A stretch of 64,000 bases of DNA from Methanomicrobia archaeon (GCA_011049045.1 DSCO01000022.1:1260-65259); one strand, 5' to 3'; numbered from the stretch's first letter, positions 40,609 through 50,403 are shown. The notes: generated from the sequence alone by a model not told the origin. Numbers and translations: made by a program.

Positions 40609-41841
40609 CTACGGCGCGGGCACCTGCTCCGGCACGACCGTCTCAGAGTACGTGAATGTTCCGTTCATCACGGACACGATCGTCACGCCCTTTGTCGGTA
40701 TTCTACTCCCTGGCTCGTAGCTGATCGAGCCGGTAACGCCTTCCCAGTCCTTCGTTGCCGCGAGTGCCCCCAGGATCGCCGCGGGGTCGTCCGAGCCGGC
40801 GCGATCGATCGCGTCGGCCAGGAGCATCACGGTGTCGTACCCCAGTGCGGCGAATGCGTTTTCCGGCTCAACGCCGTATTCCGTACGGTACGCAGCGATA
40901 AACGCTCTGGCACGATCAGTGCCCGTGTCTTCGTCGAGCAGCGCGTGTGTCGTGAAATAAACCTCGCTCGTCTCCGCGCCCGCGATCCGCACCAGTTCCG
41001 GCGTATCGTACGCATCGCCACCGAAGATCGGCTGTGTGATCCCCGCGTCCCGGAACTGTTTCACAATCCTGCCGATCTCATCGGGCCCGGATGCGATATA
41101 GAGCAGCTCAGGCGCGGGGTTTAGCGCTTTTAATGCCGCGATCTGCGCTGAAAAGTTCAGGGTGCCGCCCGTGAAGGAATCTTCCCGCAGAATGGTACCA
41201 CCCAGTTCGGTATATCGTGCCCTGAAATACGCGGCTAAGAGGCGCGTGTATTCCCTGTCCTCGCCTACCAGCAGGTACGCGGTCTTCAAGCCCCGGTACT
41301 CACAGGCATATTCCGCACCCGCCGCGGCTTGCACATTATCACCGAAGCAGGCGAGGAAGAGATACTCCGGCACGGCCCCGGGCAGTTTCGGCGAGGTGGC
41401 GCCCGACGTGATGAAGACGGTTTTCGCGTCGGCCGCAATCGGCGCGGCGGCGAGCACCATGTCGGTATCGCTGAACCCGATGATCGCGCAGACCTGATCC
41501 GTGTCGATCAGGCGATGGGCGCACTCCGCAATGGTGCGGGGGTCAGTCTTTCCGTCATAGAGTACCAGCAGAAGCTCGCGGCCATGTATGCCACCCCGCG
41601 CATTCAGCTCCTTTACCGCGAGCTGCGCGCCATTGGCCGAGGGTGTATCAAGCGAGGATTGCGCGCCCGCCAGGTTGTAGATCGCGCCGATTTTTACGGG
41701 TATGTCTGCGTCTACTTCGCCGTCACGTGCAAATCGCTTGCCGATCAGCTCGATGCTGACGACCGCAACGACCATCAGTACGAGAAAGACCACAATCCCG
41801 AGCAGTAATTGGTTGCGATAGGTCTTCTCCATGGGACTCAC
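40609..41841 (-). CDS. periplasmic-binding-protein type 1 (LivJ-like) substrate-binding protein
   Basis: N-terminal TM anchor, then a type-1 PBP pattern (IKIGAIYNLAG...GAQLAVKELNARGGI). Confidence 0.65.
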   Translation of the reverse strand: MSPMEKTYRNQLLLGIVVFLVLMVVAVVSIELIGKRFARDGEVDADIPVKIGAIYNLAGAQSSLDTPSANGAQLAVKELNARGGIHGRELLLVLYDGKTDPRTIAECAHRLIDTDQVCAIIGFSDTDMVLAAAPIAADAKTVFITSGATSPKLPGAVPEYLFLACFGDNVQAAAGAEYACEYRGLKTAYLLVGEDREYTRLLAAYFRARYTELGGTILREDSFTGGTLNFSAQIAALKALNPAPELLYIASGPDEIGRIVKQFRDAGITQPIFGGDAYDTPELVRIAGAETSEVYFTTHALLDEDTGTDRARAFIAAYRTEYGVEPENAFAALGYDTVMLLADAIDRAGSDDPAAILGALAATKDWEGVTGSISYEPGSRIPTKGVTIVSVMNGTFTYSETVVPEQVPAP

Positions 41842-42728
41842 TCATCTTTTCCGTTACCTGCAGGTAGATAAATAGCCTTTGGCGTTGTGACCTCGGGTAT
41901 CTTGCCCTCGAGCGTGATCTCGAAGAGCTTCGGCCAGTACTTGCCGGTGACGAAGAGCCGATCGGTTGATTCGTCGTATGCAATCCCGTTGAGCACATCA
42001 ACGGGCTGCAATCGATCCTCCGCGCTCAGGAGCCCGGTGAGGTCTATCCAGCCTACTACCTGACCGCTTTCCGGCGCGATCATCACGATGCGATTGCTCG
42101 GCCACACGTTCGCGTAGATGGTGCCCCTGACGAATTCGAGCTCGTTGAGCTGCGGTACCGGTCTGTCGTCGTTATCACGGACCTCAAGCTGCTTGACCTC
42201 CCTGAAGGTCTCGGGATCCAGGAAATGGAGCGTCGCCGTGCCGTCACTCATGATCAGGTACCGGTCGTCGTGCGTGAGCCCCCAGCCCTCGGTGAGGTAG
42301 GAGAACGTGCGCCGGAGCTGAAACGTCTCTTTATCATAGACGAAGCCGATCCGTGATTGGTAGGTGAGCTGAATAAGAGTATCGTTCCAGAGGGTAATGC
42401 CCTCCCCGAAGTACTCCGCGGGCAGTTGATGTTCTTGAATGCTTTCCCCGGTTTCCGGAACGACCTTTCGCAGTCGCGATTCACCGCGCCTACCGGTACC
42501 TTCATAGAAGTACCCGTTCTCGTAAACGAGGCCTTCAGTGAAGGCTGCGGGATCGTGCGGGTAAATGCTAACGATCCGGTAGCCATACTGAACCGGTAAT
42601 TCCCGGGACGGTGCGGCGGGTGCAGGCGCCGATGAATCCAGCTCCACGCAGCCGCCCGCGAGCGCGACCGTCAGGCTGATGAGGCCAACTACCCCGAGTG
42701 CGTATCTCGTCTCGGTCTTCAGTTCCAC
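41838..42728 (-). CDS. glutamine cyclotransferase (beta-propeller glutaminyl cyclase)
   Basis: YPHDPAAFTEGLVYENGYFYEGTG...LTYQSRIGFVYD pattern with a signal/lipobox-like N-terminus. Confidence 0.7.
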   Translation of the reverse strand: MELKTETRYALGVVGLISLTVALAGGCVELDSSAPAPAAPSRELPVQYGYRIVSIYPHDPAAFTEGLVYENGYFYEGTGRRGESRLRKVVPETGESIQEHQLPAEYFGEGITLWNDTLIQLTYQSRIGFVYDKETFQLRRTFSYLTEGWGLTHDDRYLIMSDGTATLHFLDPETFREVKQLEVRDNDDRPVPQLNELEFVRGTIYANVWPSNRIVMIAPESGQVVGWIDLTGLLSAEDRLQPVDVLNGIAYDESTDRLFVTGKYWPKLFEITLEGKIPEVTTPKAIYLPAGNGKDE

Positions 42729-42859
42729 GGGACATCAATCAGGCTTATAGCCGTACGCAGTAGTAACGCTTTCGCTCTCCAGACGGACTATGCGAACAAT
42801 TATCAAGGACGATCGCACTAGTAATATTCGTAGTGATGAGTGTGAATCGGGCGTGAACT

Positions 42860-43282
42860 ATGCAGTCGCTCAGCATTGATCTTAACATGGCGGTACGCCG
42901 GAAATTGATCTGGTGCTTCTACTGGACGAGCCGAAAGGCGATACGGACTGAAGGATGTGCACCGTTTCTCATTAAAAGGATCCTCTCCGGTGAGACCACG
43001 ATCAATCCTGAGCCCGGGTACGCGCTTACGTTGACGGATGAGCTCTTACAGCGTGTTGAAGACGATTTAAAGGCTGGGAAGCGCGTTTCGTTCACCATCA
43101 AGCAGGGTGCGGAAATGTTCGAGCTCGTATTCCAGAACCACCTCTTTTCGGTTGCGGCACATCGAAATAGCGAGCTTGCGGAGGAGATCATCGAGAGCCT
43201 TCAGGATGATCTGATGCAGGGGCAGCCGAATTTCTGCACCGCCTTTGTTAAGCGGCTGCGCGTTGATCTGTATGTACGATGA
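42860..43282 (+). CDS. hypothetical protein
   Basis: 140-aa ORF with no recognised motif. Confidence 0.4.
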   Translation: MQSLSIDLNMAVRRKLIWCFYWTSRKAIRTEGCAPFLIKRILSGETTINPEPGYALTLTDELLQRVEDDLKAGKRVSFTIKQGAEMFELVFQNHLFSVAAHRNSELAEEIIESLQDDLMQGQPNFCTAFVKRLRVDLYVR

Positions 43283-43303
43283 TTGATGAACTAAGGAGGG
43301 GCA

Positions 43304-43882
43304 ATGGCTCAGAACGAGGAGAATAACCGTTTGGATGACGACTCGACGACCCGTAAAGGCACAAAAACGCGCGAGCAGCGTGTTGGCGAGCTGATGCGGG
43401 CCTTGACCGATGAGGACTGGGATGTGCGGCGGCGGGCGGCCTATGCGCTCGGCAACCTCGGCGAGGCCGCGGTCCGGCCACTCATTCGCGCGCTCACGAA
43501 CGACCGGTGGGACGTTCGTCGTAAAGCTGCATGGGCGCTCGGTAATATCGGCGATCCCCGGGCAGTTGCACCGCTACTGCACGCGCTAAAAGACGATTGT
43601 GGTGACGTGCGTGAGCAAGTTGCATGGGCGCTTGGCGCGCTCAGAGATTTAACGGCGCTCGAGCCGCTTATTCATGCGCTCTCCGACCCCGATTCGAGTG
43701 TACGACACCAGGCAGCGCGGTCGCTTGCCGTGTTCGCGGTCTTGAACGAGCATCGGGTGACTGCGGCACTGGAGGATTACGAATCACGCCTGACGGATGA
43801 CGGCCGTGAGCATTTCCGGCAGTATCGGGAACTGTATGAGCAGGCACGTCAAAAGGCACGGCTCAGCGAGCGTCAAGGCTGA
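43304..43882 (+). CDS. HEAT-repeat (PBS-lyase type) protein
   Basis: Repeated D.DW.VRR.AA.ALG..GD..AV.PL units, at least 4 copies. Confidence 0.75.
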   Translation: MAQNEENNRLDDDSTTRKGTKTREQRVGELMRALTDEDWDVRRRAAYALGNLGEAAVRPLIRALTNDRWDVRRKAAWALGNIGDPRAVAPLLHALKDDCGDVREQVAWALGALRDLTALEPLIHALSDPDSSVRHQAARSLAVFAVLNEHRVTAALEDYESRLTDDGREHFRQYRELYEQARQKARLSERQG

Positions 43883-43929
43883 AAAGGCTTTTCGATACGT
43901 CCATTGTAGCATAGAGCAAAGCAAGCGCG

Positions 43930-44493
43930 ATGGAGGAGCTGATCAAGTACGGGAAGAAGATCGTGGCAGCCGGGCTTGCGCACGCGCATTTCGGTAACGT
44001 GAGCAAACGCGTGGGCGACCAGATGCTCATCAGCACGACCGGGAGCATGCTCGACGAGCTGGACGGGCAGATTGTGACCGTCCCGGTGGATCCGGCGACA
44101 CCCGACGAGCTCGATGTTATCGCATCAACCGAGGTCAATGTCCACCGTGCGATTTACCGGACGACCTCTGCGCTCGCCATTCTTCACGGGCACTCGAATT
44201 ACGCGGTCGCGATCTCGATGCTGTTCGAGCCGGGCGAGCAGCTCGTGCCTGATGATTCCGAGAGCCTCTACGTGCTGCATGAGATTCCGATCGTGCGGGG
44301 CGGTGTTGGGTCCGCGGAATTGGCACGGAACGCTTCGGACGCGCTCCGCGATCACAAAGGGATCATTGTCCAGGGTCATGGCGTATTCGCACGCGGTGCC
44401 ACGGTCGATGAAGCGTTCGTTGTTCTCAGCTCGGTTGAGCACGCCTGTATGGTGATGTACCTGGTCTACCTGGCGAAGCGACTCCGGGGTTAG
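43930..44493 (+). CDS. class II aldolase/adducin-family protein
   Basis: GNVSKRVGD..LISTTGS and H.H.N metal-ligand pattern (ILHGHSNYAVA). Confidence 0.65.
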   Translation: MEELIKYGKKIVAAGLAHAHFGNVSKRVGDQMLISTTGSMLDELDGQIVTVPVDPATPDELDVIASTEVNVHRAIYRTTSALAILHGHSNYAVAISMLFEPGEQLVPDDSESLYVLHEIPIVRGGVGSAELARNASDALRDHKGIIVQGHGVFARGATVDEAFVVLSSVEHACMVMYLVYLAKRLRG

Positions 44494-44509
44494 GTCGTCG
44501 GTGAATTAC

Positions 44510-45073
44510 GGCCGTCGTTATTGAAGAGCACAGAGACCTGCTTCAGTTCCCGGCAGTTAGTTCGCGGACAATTCACGCACATCATCAGCGGTGCTGGTGT
44601 ACCGGTACCTCCGTTTCCCGGGTGGCCGGAACTAGGCGAATCCCGATCCCGCGGTAACGGGCGCTTCGGCGGGCTCCTGCACGAACGTGAGCTCGTCTCG
44701 ATCCCATCGGTCCAGAGCGCGGCAAAGCTCCGCAGTCTCGTTGGTTGAAGCGTGCAGGAGCTTGAAAGATGATCACGTCCGCGCACAGTGCCTTCCGGAT
44801 CTCGCTGGTCTTCGCCCCTGCTCTGAAGACCTGCTCCGCTGGCCGGAAGGACCCGTACCGGTCAAGAATGATCGCGCTCTGTCTGCAAGCTCAAGCCCTG
44901 CTTTCCGGTACGTGCGTGATCAGCGGCCAGGCCTTCACCGTGCATTCGAACGCGGGTGGCGTTTCGGTGGCCGGTAAGTGGTCTGCGGCACTTCGAGCAG
45001 CCGGAGCGAGGTACACACCGCCGCCTGCACGCGTGCGAACCCGCAGATTCATACCCGCCCGTATCTGAATCAT
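44510..45073 (-). pseudogene. decayed DUF72-family gene with multiple frameshifts
   Basis: DUF72 blocks appear in different minus-strand frames: MIQIRAG, LLEVPQTTYRPP (VE.N.TFYR.P), FECTVKAWPLITH (F.F.vK....iTH), IIFQAPARF (l.FQlPp.F), YRYTSTADDVRELS (Y.Y.Ys.eEL). Confidence 0.55.
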
Positions 45074-45181
45074 GGCACCATGAGCACCCGGGATCAATTC
45101 GATGAATTAATTAATACTTTATCAAGAACAGTTATACTAACTTTAAGCAGCAGTAAAGTACGAAGCGGAGATAGATGAAAG

Positions 45182-46900
45182 ATGGGGGCATTATTACGTG
45201 TTCAAGGGCTTTGTAAGCGATATACGCTATCCAATGTTGAAAAGGAGTTGGTAGCACTCGACAATGTCTCGTTCGAGCTCAAGAAAGGCGAGACAGTGGG
45301 CATCATCGGCCGGAGTGGCGCGGGCAAGACGACGCTGCTCCGCATGCTTCGCGGTTATGAACGATTCGACGAGGGGTTCATCGAGTTGAACGGCATCTGT
45401 GTAACGCCTGATTCTGAGTACGCCGATTTCCGGAAGCTTCGAGATAAGACCGCGTTCCATCTCCAGCGCTCGTTCGCACTCTACAACATCTCAGTGATCG
45501 ATAATGTGATCAAGCGGCTGCGCGCGAAGCAGACGGGTCTCGAGGAGGTCCCCTCGCTCGAGGACGAGTACGAGGAGCTGAAGCAGGAGGCGTTCAAGAT
45601 CCTTGATCTTGTCGGTCTCCGAGATAAATGGAATCACCTCTTCACCATCCTGAGTGGCGGTGACAAGCAGCGCGTGTTGCTTGCGCGTCAGCTGGCAAAA
45701 GAGCCTTCGTTATTACTGCTCGACGAGCCGGGCACGATGTCCGACCCCCTCACGCGCAAATATCTGCTCGATAGTGTGAAACGGGTGAAAGAACGGACAA
45801 ATCTGGGTATATTGCTCGTCTCGCATATGCCTGATGTGCACCGGTATCTCTGCGATCGTGTGCTCATGCTGGATCACGGCCACATCGTAGCTGATGGCGA
45901 GCCGGAACGGATCATCAGGAAGTTTCTGGAGTCGCTCGAGCCCGTCAAACCCCTGGCGCCCATCGCGGATGAACGACACACCATGGTCTGGCTCGACCAT
46001 GTCTGGAAACGGTACGATATGGTCACGAGCCATACGCTCATGCGCACCATTGAGATGCAGGATGTGTCCGTCAAGATCCCCCGAGGCGATATCGTCGGTA
46101 TAGTAGGGCCGTCGGCGATGGGGAAGACGGTATTCATGCGGCTCCTGGGCGGTTTTGAGAGCCCTGACCGGGGGCATATCCTTATACGGATCGGTCGCGT
46201 CGATTTTGCGAACATTGCGGAATACGGGAGGCGCTCGATCGAAGCCCGGAGCAAGCTGGGCATCGTCCATCAGGAGTTCGCCCTGCCGCCGCATCAGCTC
46301 GTGCAGGACCTCTTCGCGCAGCGGATCGGGCTGAAGAAGTTCGAGATGATCAAAGAGGCACTGGAGAAGGCGAAGGAGTACCAGATCAGCGATGTAACAC
46401 TCGATGTGCTCCTCCGACTGGCGGATATGCCGGAGGAGGAAGCGCGGGCGCGGCTCAAGGAGATCGGACTCGATGAGAACATTCTGGAGGCACTCTTCCC
46501 GAAATTGCCCGCGACCGAGGCGTTCACAGCCGCGCAGCAGTATCTGCAGGCGATGAACCTCCCGGACGAGATCTTTGGACGGTACATCTCAGAGACGAGC
46601 ATGGGTGAGGAGATACGGCTTGCCATCGCGTCGCTGCTGGCCTCGAACTGCGAGATCCTGCTTCTTGATGAGCCCTTTGGCGATATTGACCCGATATCGC
46701 TCCGGATCGTGACCAATGCGTTGAAGGATTTAAACCGTGAGTTCGCGACCACGATCCTCGTGGTGAGCCACCAGCTCGAGGTCATCCGCGAGTTGACGCA
46801 TGAAGCGATCCTCATCGATGAAGGCCGGGTGATCATGCGCGGCGATCCGAACGAGGTCTGCGATGCGTTCCTCGACCGCCGGTTCAAAGAGCTGGTCTGA
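45182..46900 (+). CDS. atwA: double ABC-ATPase, methyl-coenzyme M reductase component A2 (AtwA)-like
   Basis: Two ABC ATPase domains (GRSGAGKTT / LSGGDKQR and GPSAMGKT), no membrane domain, about 570 aa. The A2 versus other soluble ABC-F-like assignment needs a profile search. Confidence 0.5.
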   Translation: MGALLRVQGLCKRYTLSNVEKELVALDNVSFELKKGETVGIIGRSGAGKTTLLRMLRGYERFDEGFIELNGICVTPDSEYADFRKLRDKTAFHLQRSFALYNISVIDNVIKRLRAKQTGLEEVPSLEDEYEELKQEAFKILDLVGLRDKWNHLFTILSGGDKQRVLLARQLAKEPSLLLLDEPGTMSDPLTRKYLLDSVKRVKERTNLGILLVSHMPDVHRYLCDRVLMLDHGHIVADGEPERIIRKFLESLEPVKPLAPIADERHTMVWLDHVWKRYDMVTSHTLMRTIEMQDVSVKIPRGDIVGIVGPSAMGKTVFMRLLGGFESPDRGHILIRIGRVDFANIAEYGRRSIEARSKLGIVHQEFALPPHQLVQDLFAQRIGLKKFEMIKEALEKAKEYQISDVTLDVLLRLADMPEEEARARLKEIGLDENILEALFPKLPATEAFTAAQQYLQAMNLPDEIFGRYISETSMGEEIRLAIASLLASNCEILLLDEPFGDIDPISLRIVTNALKDLNREFATTILVVSHQLEVIRELTHEAILIDEGRVIMRGDPNEVCDAFLDRRFKELV

Positions 46901-47028
46901 GTGAGAACCGCGCGTTCCCGTCAGGATCCCGCACCCTGCGAACTCGAGACGATGACCGCCTGAAGGTGTAAAAGAACTATATCTTATATAACGTCAGGAC
47001 GGTTATCTTCTTGAAGATTGATGCAGCA

Positions 47029-47103
47029 GCTCCGCTGGTGTAGTTCGGCCAAGCATAAGGGCCTCTCGAGCCCTTGACCGGGGTTCAAATCCCCGGCGGA
47101 GCA
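47029..47103 (+). tRNA. tRNA-Glu (anticodon CUC)
   Basis: Hand-folded cloverleaf: acceptor GCTCCGC/GCGGAGC, anticodon stem AGGGC/GCCCT with loop CT-CTC-GA, T arm CGGGG-TTCAAAT-CCCCG, discriminator A. No encoded CCA. Confidence 0.9.
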
Positions 47104-47157
47104 TCTAACCAAAGGTTCAAAGCCCCCACTTTTAGACTGCTCCACAACCCGCACATT

Positions 47158-47520
47158 TCACTCGCGATTCAAATGTTCTTCCAGGCCCTGCCTCAGCCGC
47201 GTCCTGAATTCCGGCTTCTTCATCAGCGCCAACAAGACGGATACCATATCGAATCCCTCCTCCTCGGATCTTCTTATCTCATCGAGCAACAACAGCTGCC
47301 GATTCGCATATTCGCGCGCGTATTCTTCCGCCGCGAGTCCGCGATGGAGATAATAGCTGATCGCCTGCGAGCGACTGTCCCAGAGACCCTCTTCCACCTC
47401 TTTATCGAGCCGTTGCTTCGTCCGTGAAGTAAGGCAGATCGAAAACGTATCCTTAATGTCCCCAGCTTTTTTTCTCTTAGATTCGGCGCGTCCGCCCCGC
47501 GCCTCCCCGCCTTCTACCAT
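47158..47520 (-). CDS. hypothetical protein with possible ribbon-helix-helix region
   Basis: KDTFSICLTSRTKQRLDKEVEEGLWDSRSQAISYYLHRGL resembles a CopG/RHH pattern. Confidence 0.45.
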   Translation of the reverse strand: MVEGGEARGGRAESKRKKAGDIKDTFSICLTSRTKQRLDKEVEEGLWDSRSQAISYYLHRGLAAEEYAREYANRQLLLLDEIRRSEEEGFDMVSVLLALMKKPEFRTRLRQGLEEHLNRE

Positions 47521-47610
47521 TTGGTTTCACCTCACCGATACCATTCTTTATCTTTGTTTATAAATATTGCTATTCAACAGATAAAAAGTATTTCGTTCAT
47601 GTGTAACAAT

Positions 47611-47639
47611 ACCATTTGTCCATACAAACACCATTTGTC
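47611..47639. promoter_or_regulatory. two direct ACCATTTGTC repeats (19-bp period) between divergent TATA-like boxes
   Basis: ACCATTTGTC occurs at 47611..47620 and 47630..47639. TATA-like tttataaata lies near 47557 (for the minus gene) and ttttatatac near 47646 (for the plus genes). Confidence 0.35.
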
Positions 47640-47720
47640 TATTAGTTTTATATACTCGCCCCGCGCTAGATAATTCCTGTTGGGGTTCGGCTAACCCAAA
47701 CAAAAAGGAGGCATGTTGCC

Positions 47721-47993
47721 ATGGAAGACAAACCGAAAGAAACGGAAGTAATGGGACACCCTGGCATTGTAGGAATTGAGCTAGATGAGGGGCACATATC
47801 TCGTTCTACCCCAGAACACACCCACTCCCCGTCTAAGAAACCTCTAAGTCTGGAATCGCGGCAGGAATTGAAACAATTTGTTGAGAAATGGCGACTGTTC
47901 ATCGACGATCCTTCGCTTTTGGATCAGCCGATGCGCATGGTTGCAGAGTTCTTCAGAGAAGTTGCGATCGAGGAGGGGCTGATCGGTGAATGA
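47721..47993 (+). CDS. hypothetical protein
   Basis: 90-aa ORF preceded by aaaaaggagg; its stop overlaps the next start (ATGA). Confidence 0.45.
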   Translation: MEDKPKETEVMGHPGIVGIELDEGHISRSTPEHTHSPSKKPLSLESRQELKQFVEKWRLFIDDPSLLDQPMRMVAEFFREVAIEEGLIGE

Positions 47994-48280
47994 AAGACAT
48001 CGTCGTGCAAAAGTCGCTGCGGTGCTCGGTGATCAGGGACACGGTGACGACCAAAGACGGTGGGGTCACCGAAGAGCGCACCGTGAGGCTCGAGAACGAC
48101 ATTTTCGCCATCACACTAAGAGGGCAGCCCGACAAGCTGCCCTTCACCGAGGGCGAAGAGTACAGCGCCGAATTCCGCACGCCGCAGATGCAGCTACCCT
48201 TTCTTGACGAGACGACCGCCGAGAGCGTGCAGCCGGCGGACGCGAACGGCACGGACGGTGATATGGAAAGCGGTGAGTGA
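47990..48280 (+). CDS. hypothetical protein
   Basis: 96-aa ORF translationally coupled to the upstream ORF. Confidence 0.45.
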   Translation: MKDIVVQKSLRCSVIRDTVTTKDGGVTEERTVRLENDIFAITLRGQPDKLPFTEGEEYSAEFRTPQMQLPFLDETTAESVQPADANGTDGDMESGE

Positions 48281-48438
48281 CACGAACACGGCGGTGGGGT
48301 ACGGGCCTACTCCAAAGCGGACTCGTTTCACCTCCTCTTTTAGCTTCCCGCTGAGTTATCGCCCCCATAACTCCAGGGTTCTAAAGTCCGCGGAGAAATA
48401 GGTCCGGCCCCAGATTCCCGTTCGCATGGACCGGCGGT

Positions 48439-48786
48439 GTGATCACAGCCCTCAATGCCGATGAAGAACACGAGATCGCGGCACGCCGTCATCGCTGCGC
48501 GCTCTGCGGCGAATCAAAGCAGCTGACGCATAAGAGGATCTCCGGCGGCGTGCCCTCTTTTATTTGCAACGAGTGCGCGCAGGACTACGTGCAGCGCGCA
48601 CAACGCGTGCAAACGCGGCACGAGTCTCCTAAAAAGCTCCTCATCGAAGTCTCTGCTCGCGTCGCAACAGTAACGTTCAACGGTATCGTCGAGGACCTCA
48701 AACGCCTGGTCGATGAGTACCTGGACGAAGAGGGCTTCGCTGACGATATAGATATCCGGCTGATCAGGTCCGGGGTGAGTGAGTGA
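48439..48786 (+). CDS. ClpX-type C4 zinc-finger protein
   Basis: CALCGESKQ...SFICNECAQDY resembles the ClpX N-terminal zinc finger (C..CG......ICdeC). Confidence 0.5.
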   Translation: MITALNADEEHEIAARRHRCALCGESKQLTHKRISGGVPSFICNECAQDYVQRAQRVQTRHESPKKLLIEVSARVATVTFNGIVEDLKRLVDEYLDEEGFADDIDIRLIRSGVSE

Positions 48787-49103
48787 GTAACATGATCCTC
48801 ATAGCGTATTCTGCACTCACGCTGCGTGAGGCCTGTTATGTCTGTAAGACCGTCGGCGGTCATTTCGATGCCGACCGTCAAGCGGTCATGCTGCAGGAAG
48901 AGGACGAGAGCGATGTACGTCTATACCATGCGTCGGAGGCGTCTTGCGACGAAGCAGATAGAACGCTAACCTGCAAAATCTGCGGTCAGGTACTAAAGGG
49001 CGCATCCGAGCAGGCCGCAGTAAACGAACTCGGGTGGAAGAAGCGCGAACTCTCATGGATATGTCCGCACTGCGTATGGGAGCACAAGCTTCAAGAAGCA
49101 TGA
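48783..49103 (+). CDS. hypothetical zinc-ribbon protein
   Basis: CYVC...CKICG...CPHC cysteine pairs; overlaps the upstream stop. Confidence 0.45.
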   Translation: MSNMILIAYSALTLREACYVCKTVGGHFDADRQAVMLQEEDESDVRLYHASEASCDEADRTLTCKICGQVLKGASEQAAVNELGWKKRELSWICPHCVWEHKLQEA

Positions 49104-49131
49104 AAGACTCCCAACGAAGTCGGGCTGGCTG

Positions 49132-50403
49132 GTGAGTGGGAACGAAAATAGCTTAGCTGCTGCTTCCATGAGTGACGGTTTCGAACTCGCAAAAAAAGAA
49201 GTACAAAAACAAGACCCCTCTTCACCAGACCCTAGCTTGAATTTTAACTTGTTGTCAGTACAACGCCCGAGACCAGCTCTAATTGGTCCAGGGCCCTTTA
49301 GCTTCGATATCGCAGAAAAGAAGTTAAAAAACAAGACCCCCCTTTTTCCGCACAAGACCCCGAAGTTAAATTTTAACTTGTCCCTGCTACAGCAGCTCTC
49401 CCGCGGCCGACGCCCCGCTCAGATCGCACGTGAGCTCGGCATCTCGAAGCCCGCGCTGCAGTACCATCTGAACCAGCTCAAGGCCGCAGGGCTCATTTCA
49501 AAGCTCGGCTACGGGTGCTGGGAAGTTAACGATACAGCCCCGATTAACCCCCAGAAAAGAAGTACGAAAACAACCCAAGTCACTCTCGACAAGACCCACA
49601 AGTTAAAATTTTCGGAGATGCCTGATTCCGTCCGCGGGCACGCATTTGTGTTCGTACTGAAGGTGCCGCCGGGACTGCTGAACTGGAACAACCGGCGGCG
49701 TGAAGAATATCTCAAGAGGCACGGGATCGCATACCAGCCGCTCAGGATCGCAGGTGGCGGGCAACGCATCTGGGTGGGCGGCCGGAAGGTCTGGCTGACT
49801 ACCAGCTCGATCGTCATCTACGAGAAGAGTTCGTTCTTCGCGGCAACGGCGAAAGACGCGAAGCATCATGCGCTCTTCTCATTCATCGCAGTCGTGAAGA
49901 AACTCGAACGAACACTCCATGCGGACTTCACGTTCAAACTCGGGAAAGAATACCGGTTCAAGGTGTCAAGGCAGCACTATGCGCTCGTGCAGAACGCACT
50001 CGCAGAGCAGTACGACCACGAGGGCAAGCGACTGCAGGTGCGCGAGCCGGACGCTGGCAAGTTGTGGTTTGTGATTGATAACTCGTTCAACCTGCACGAG
50101 GCGGAGACGGTGCACCCGCGCACCGCGGACTCGGACAACGCGAAGGTGCAGAACTTCTTCAACTCACTGAAAGCGTGCCCGGTGACCACGGACGTGCTCG
50201 TCACCGCGATCGCGGGCGTCACGCAGAACCAGGTCCTCTTCGCGGAGAATATCACCAATCACATCCAGGCGGTTCGGGAGCTCGGGCAGGGTGTGCGGGA
50301 GATGAACCAGCTGCTCGCAAAGCTCGAGGTCACGCAACGCGACGCGCGCGCATCGCAGGCTGAGCGGATGCAGACGCGCGAGGTGAAGAAGAAGAAGTGG
50401 TAG
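49132..50403 (+). CDS. wHTH (ArsR-like) protein with triple N-terminal repeat and large unknown C-terminal domain
   Basis: RRPAQIARELGISKPALQYHLNQLKAAGLISK HTH. Three in-frame repeats of a K-rich ...LNFNL unit. Could be a plasmid/virus replication or regulatory protein. Confidence 0.6.
   Translation: MSGNENSLAAASMSDGFELAKKEVQKQDPSSPDPSLNFNLLSVQRPRPALIGPGPFSFDIAEKKLKNKTPLFPHKTPKLNFNLSLLQQLSRGRRPAQIARELGISKPALQYHLNQLKAAGLISKLGYGCWEVNDTAPINPQKRSTKTTQVTLDKTHKLKFSEMPDSVRGHAFVFVLKVPPGLLNWNNRRREEYLKRHGIAYQPLRIAGGGQRIWVGGRKVWLTTSSIVIYEKSSFFAATAKDAKHHALFSFIAVVKKLERTLHADFTFKLGKEYRFKVSRQHYALVQNALAEQYDHEGKRLQVREPDAGKLWFVIDNSFNLHEAETVHPRTADSDNAKVQNFFNSLKACPVTTDVLVTAIAGVTQNQVLFAENITNHIQAVRELGQGVREMNQLLAKLEVTQRDARASQAERMQTREVKKKKW

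Noticed and set aside
46294-46887. 197-aa Ser/Arg-rich ORF antisense to the A2-like ATPase gene
   Set aside because: Shadow ORF with low-complexity composition.
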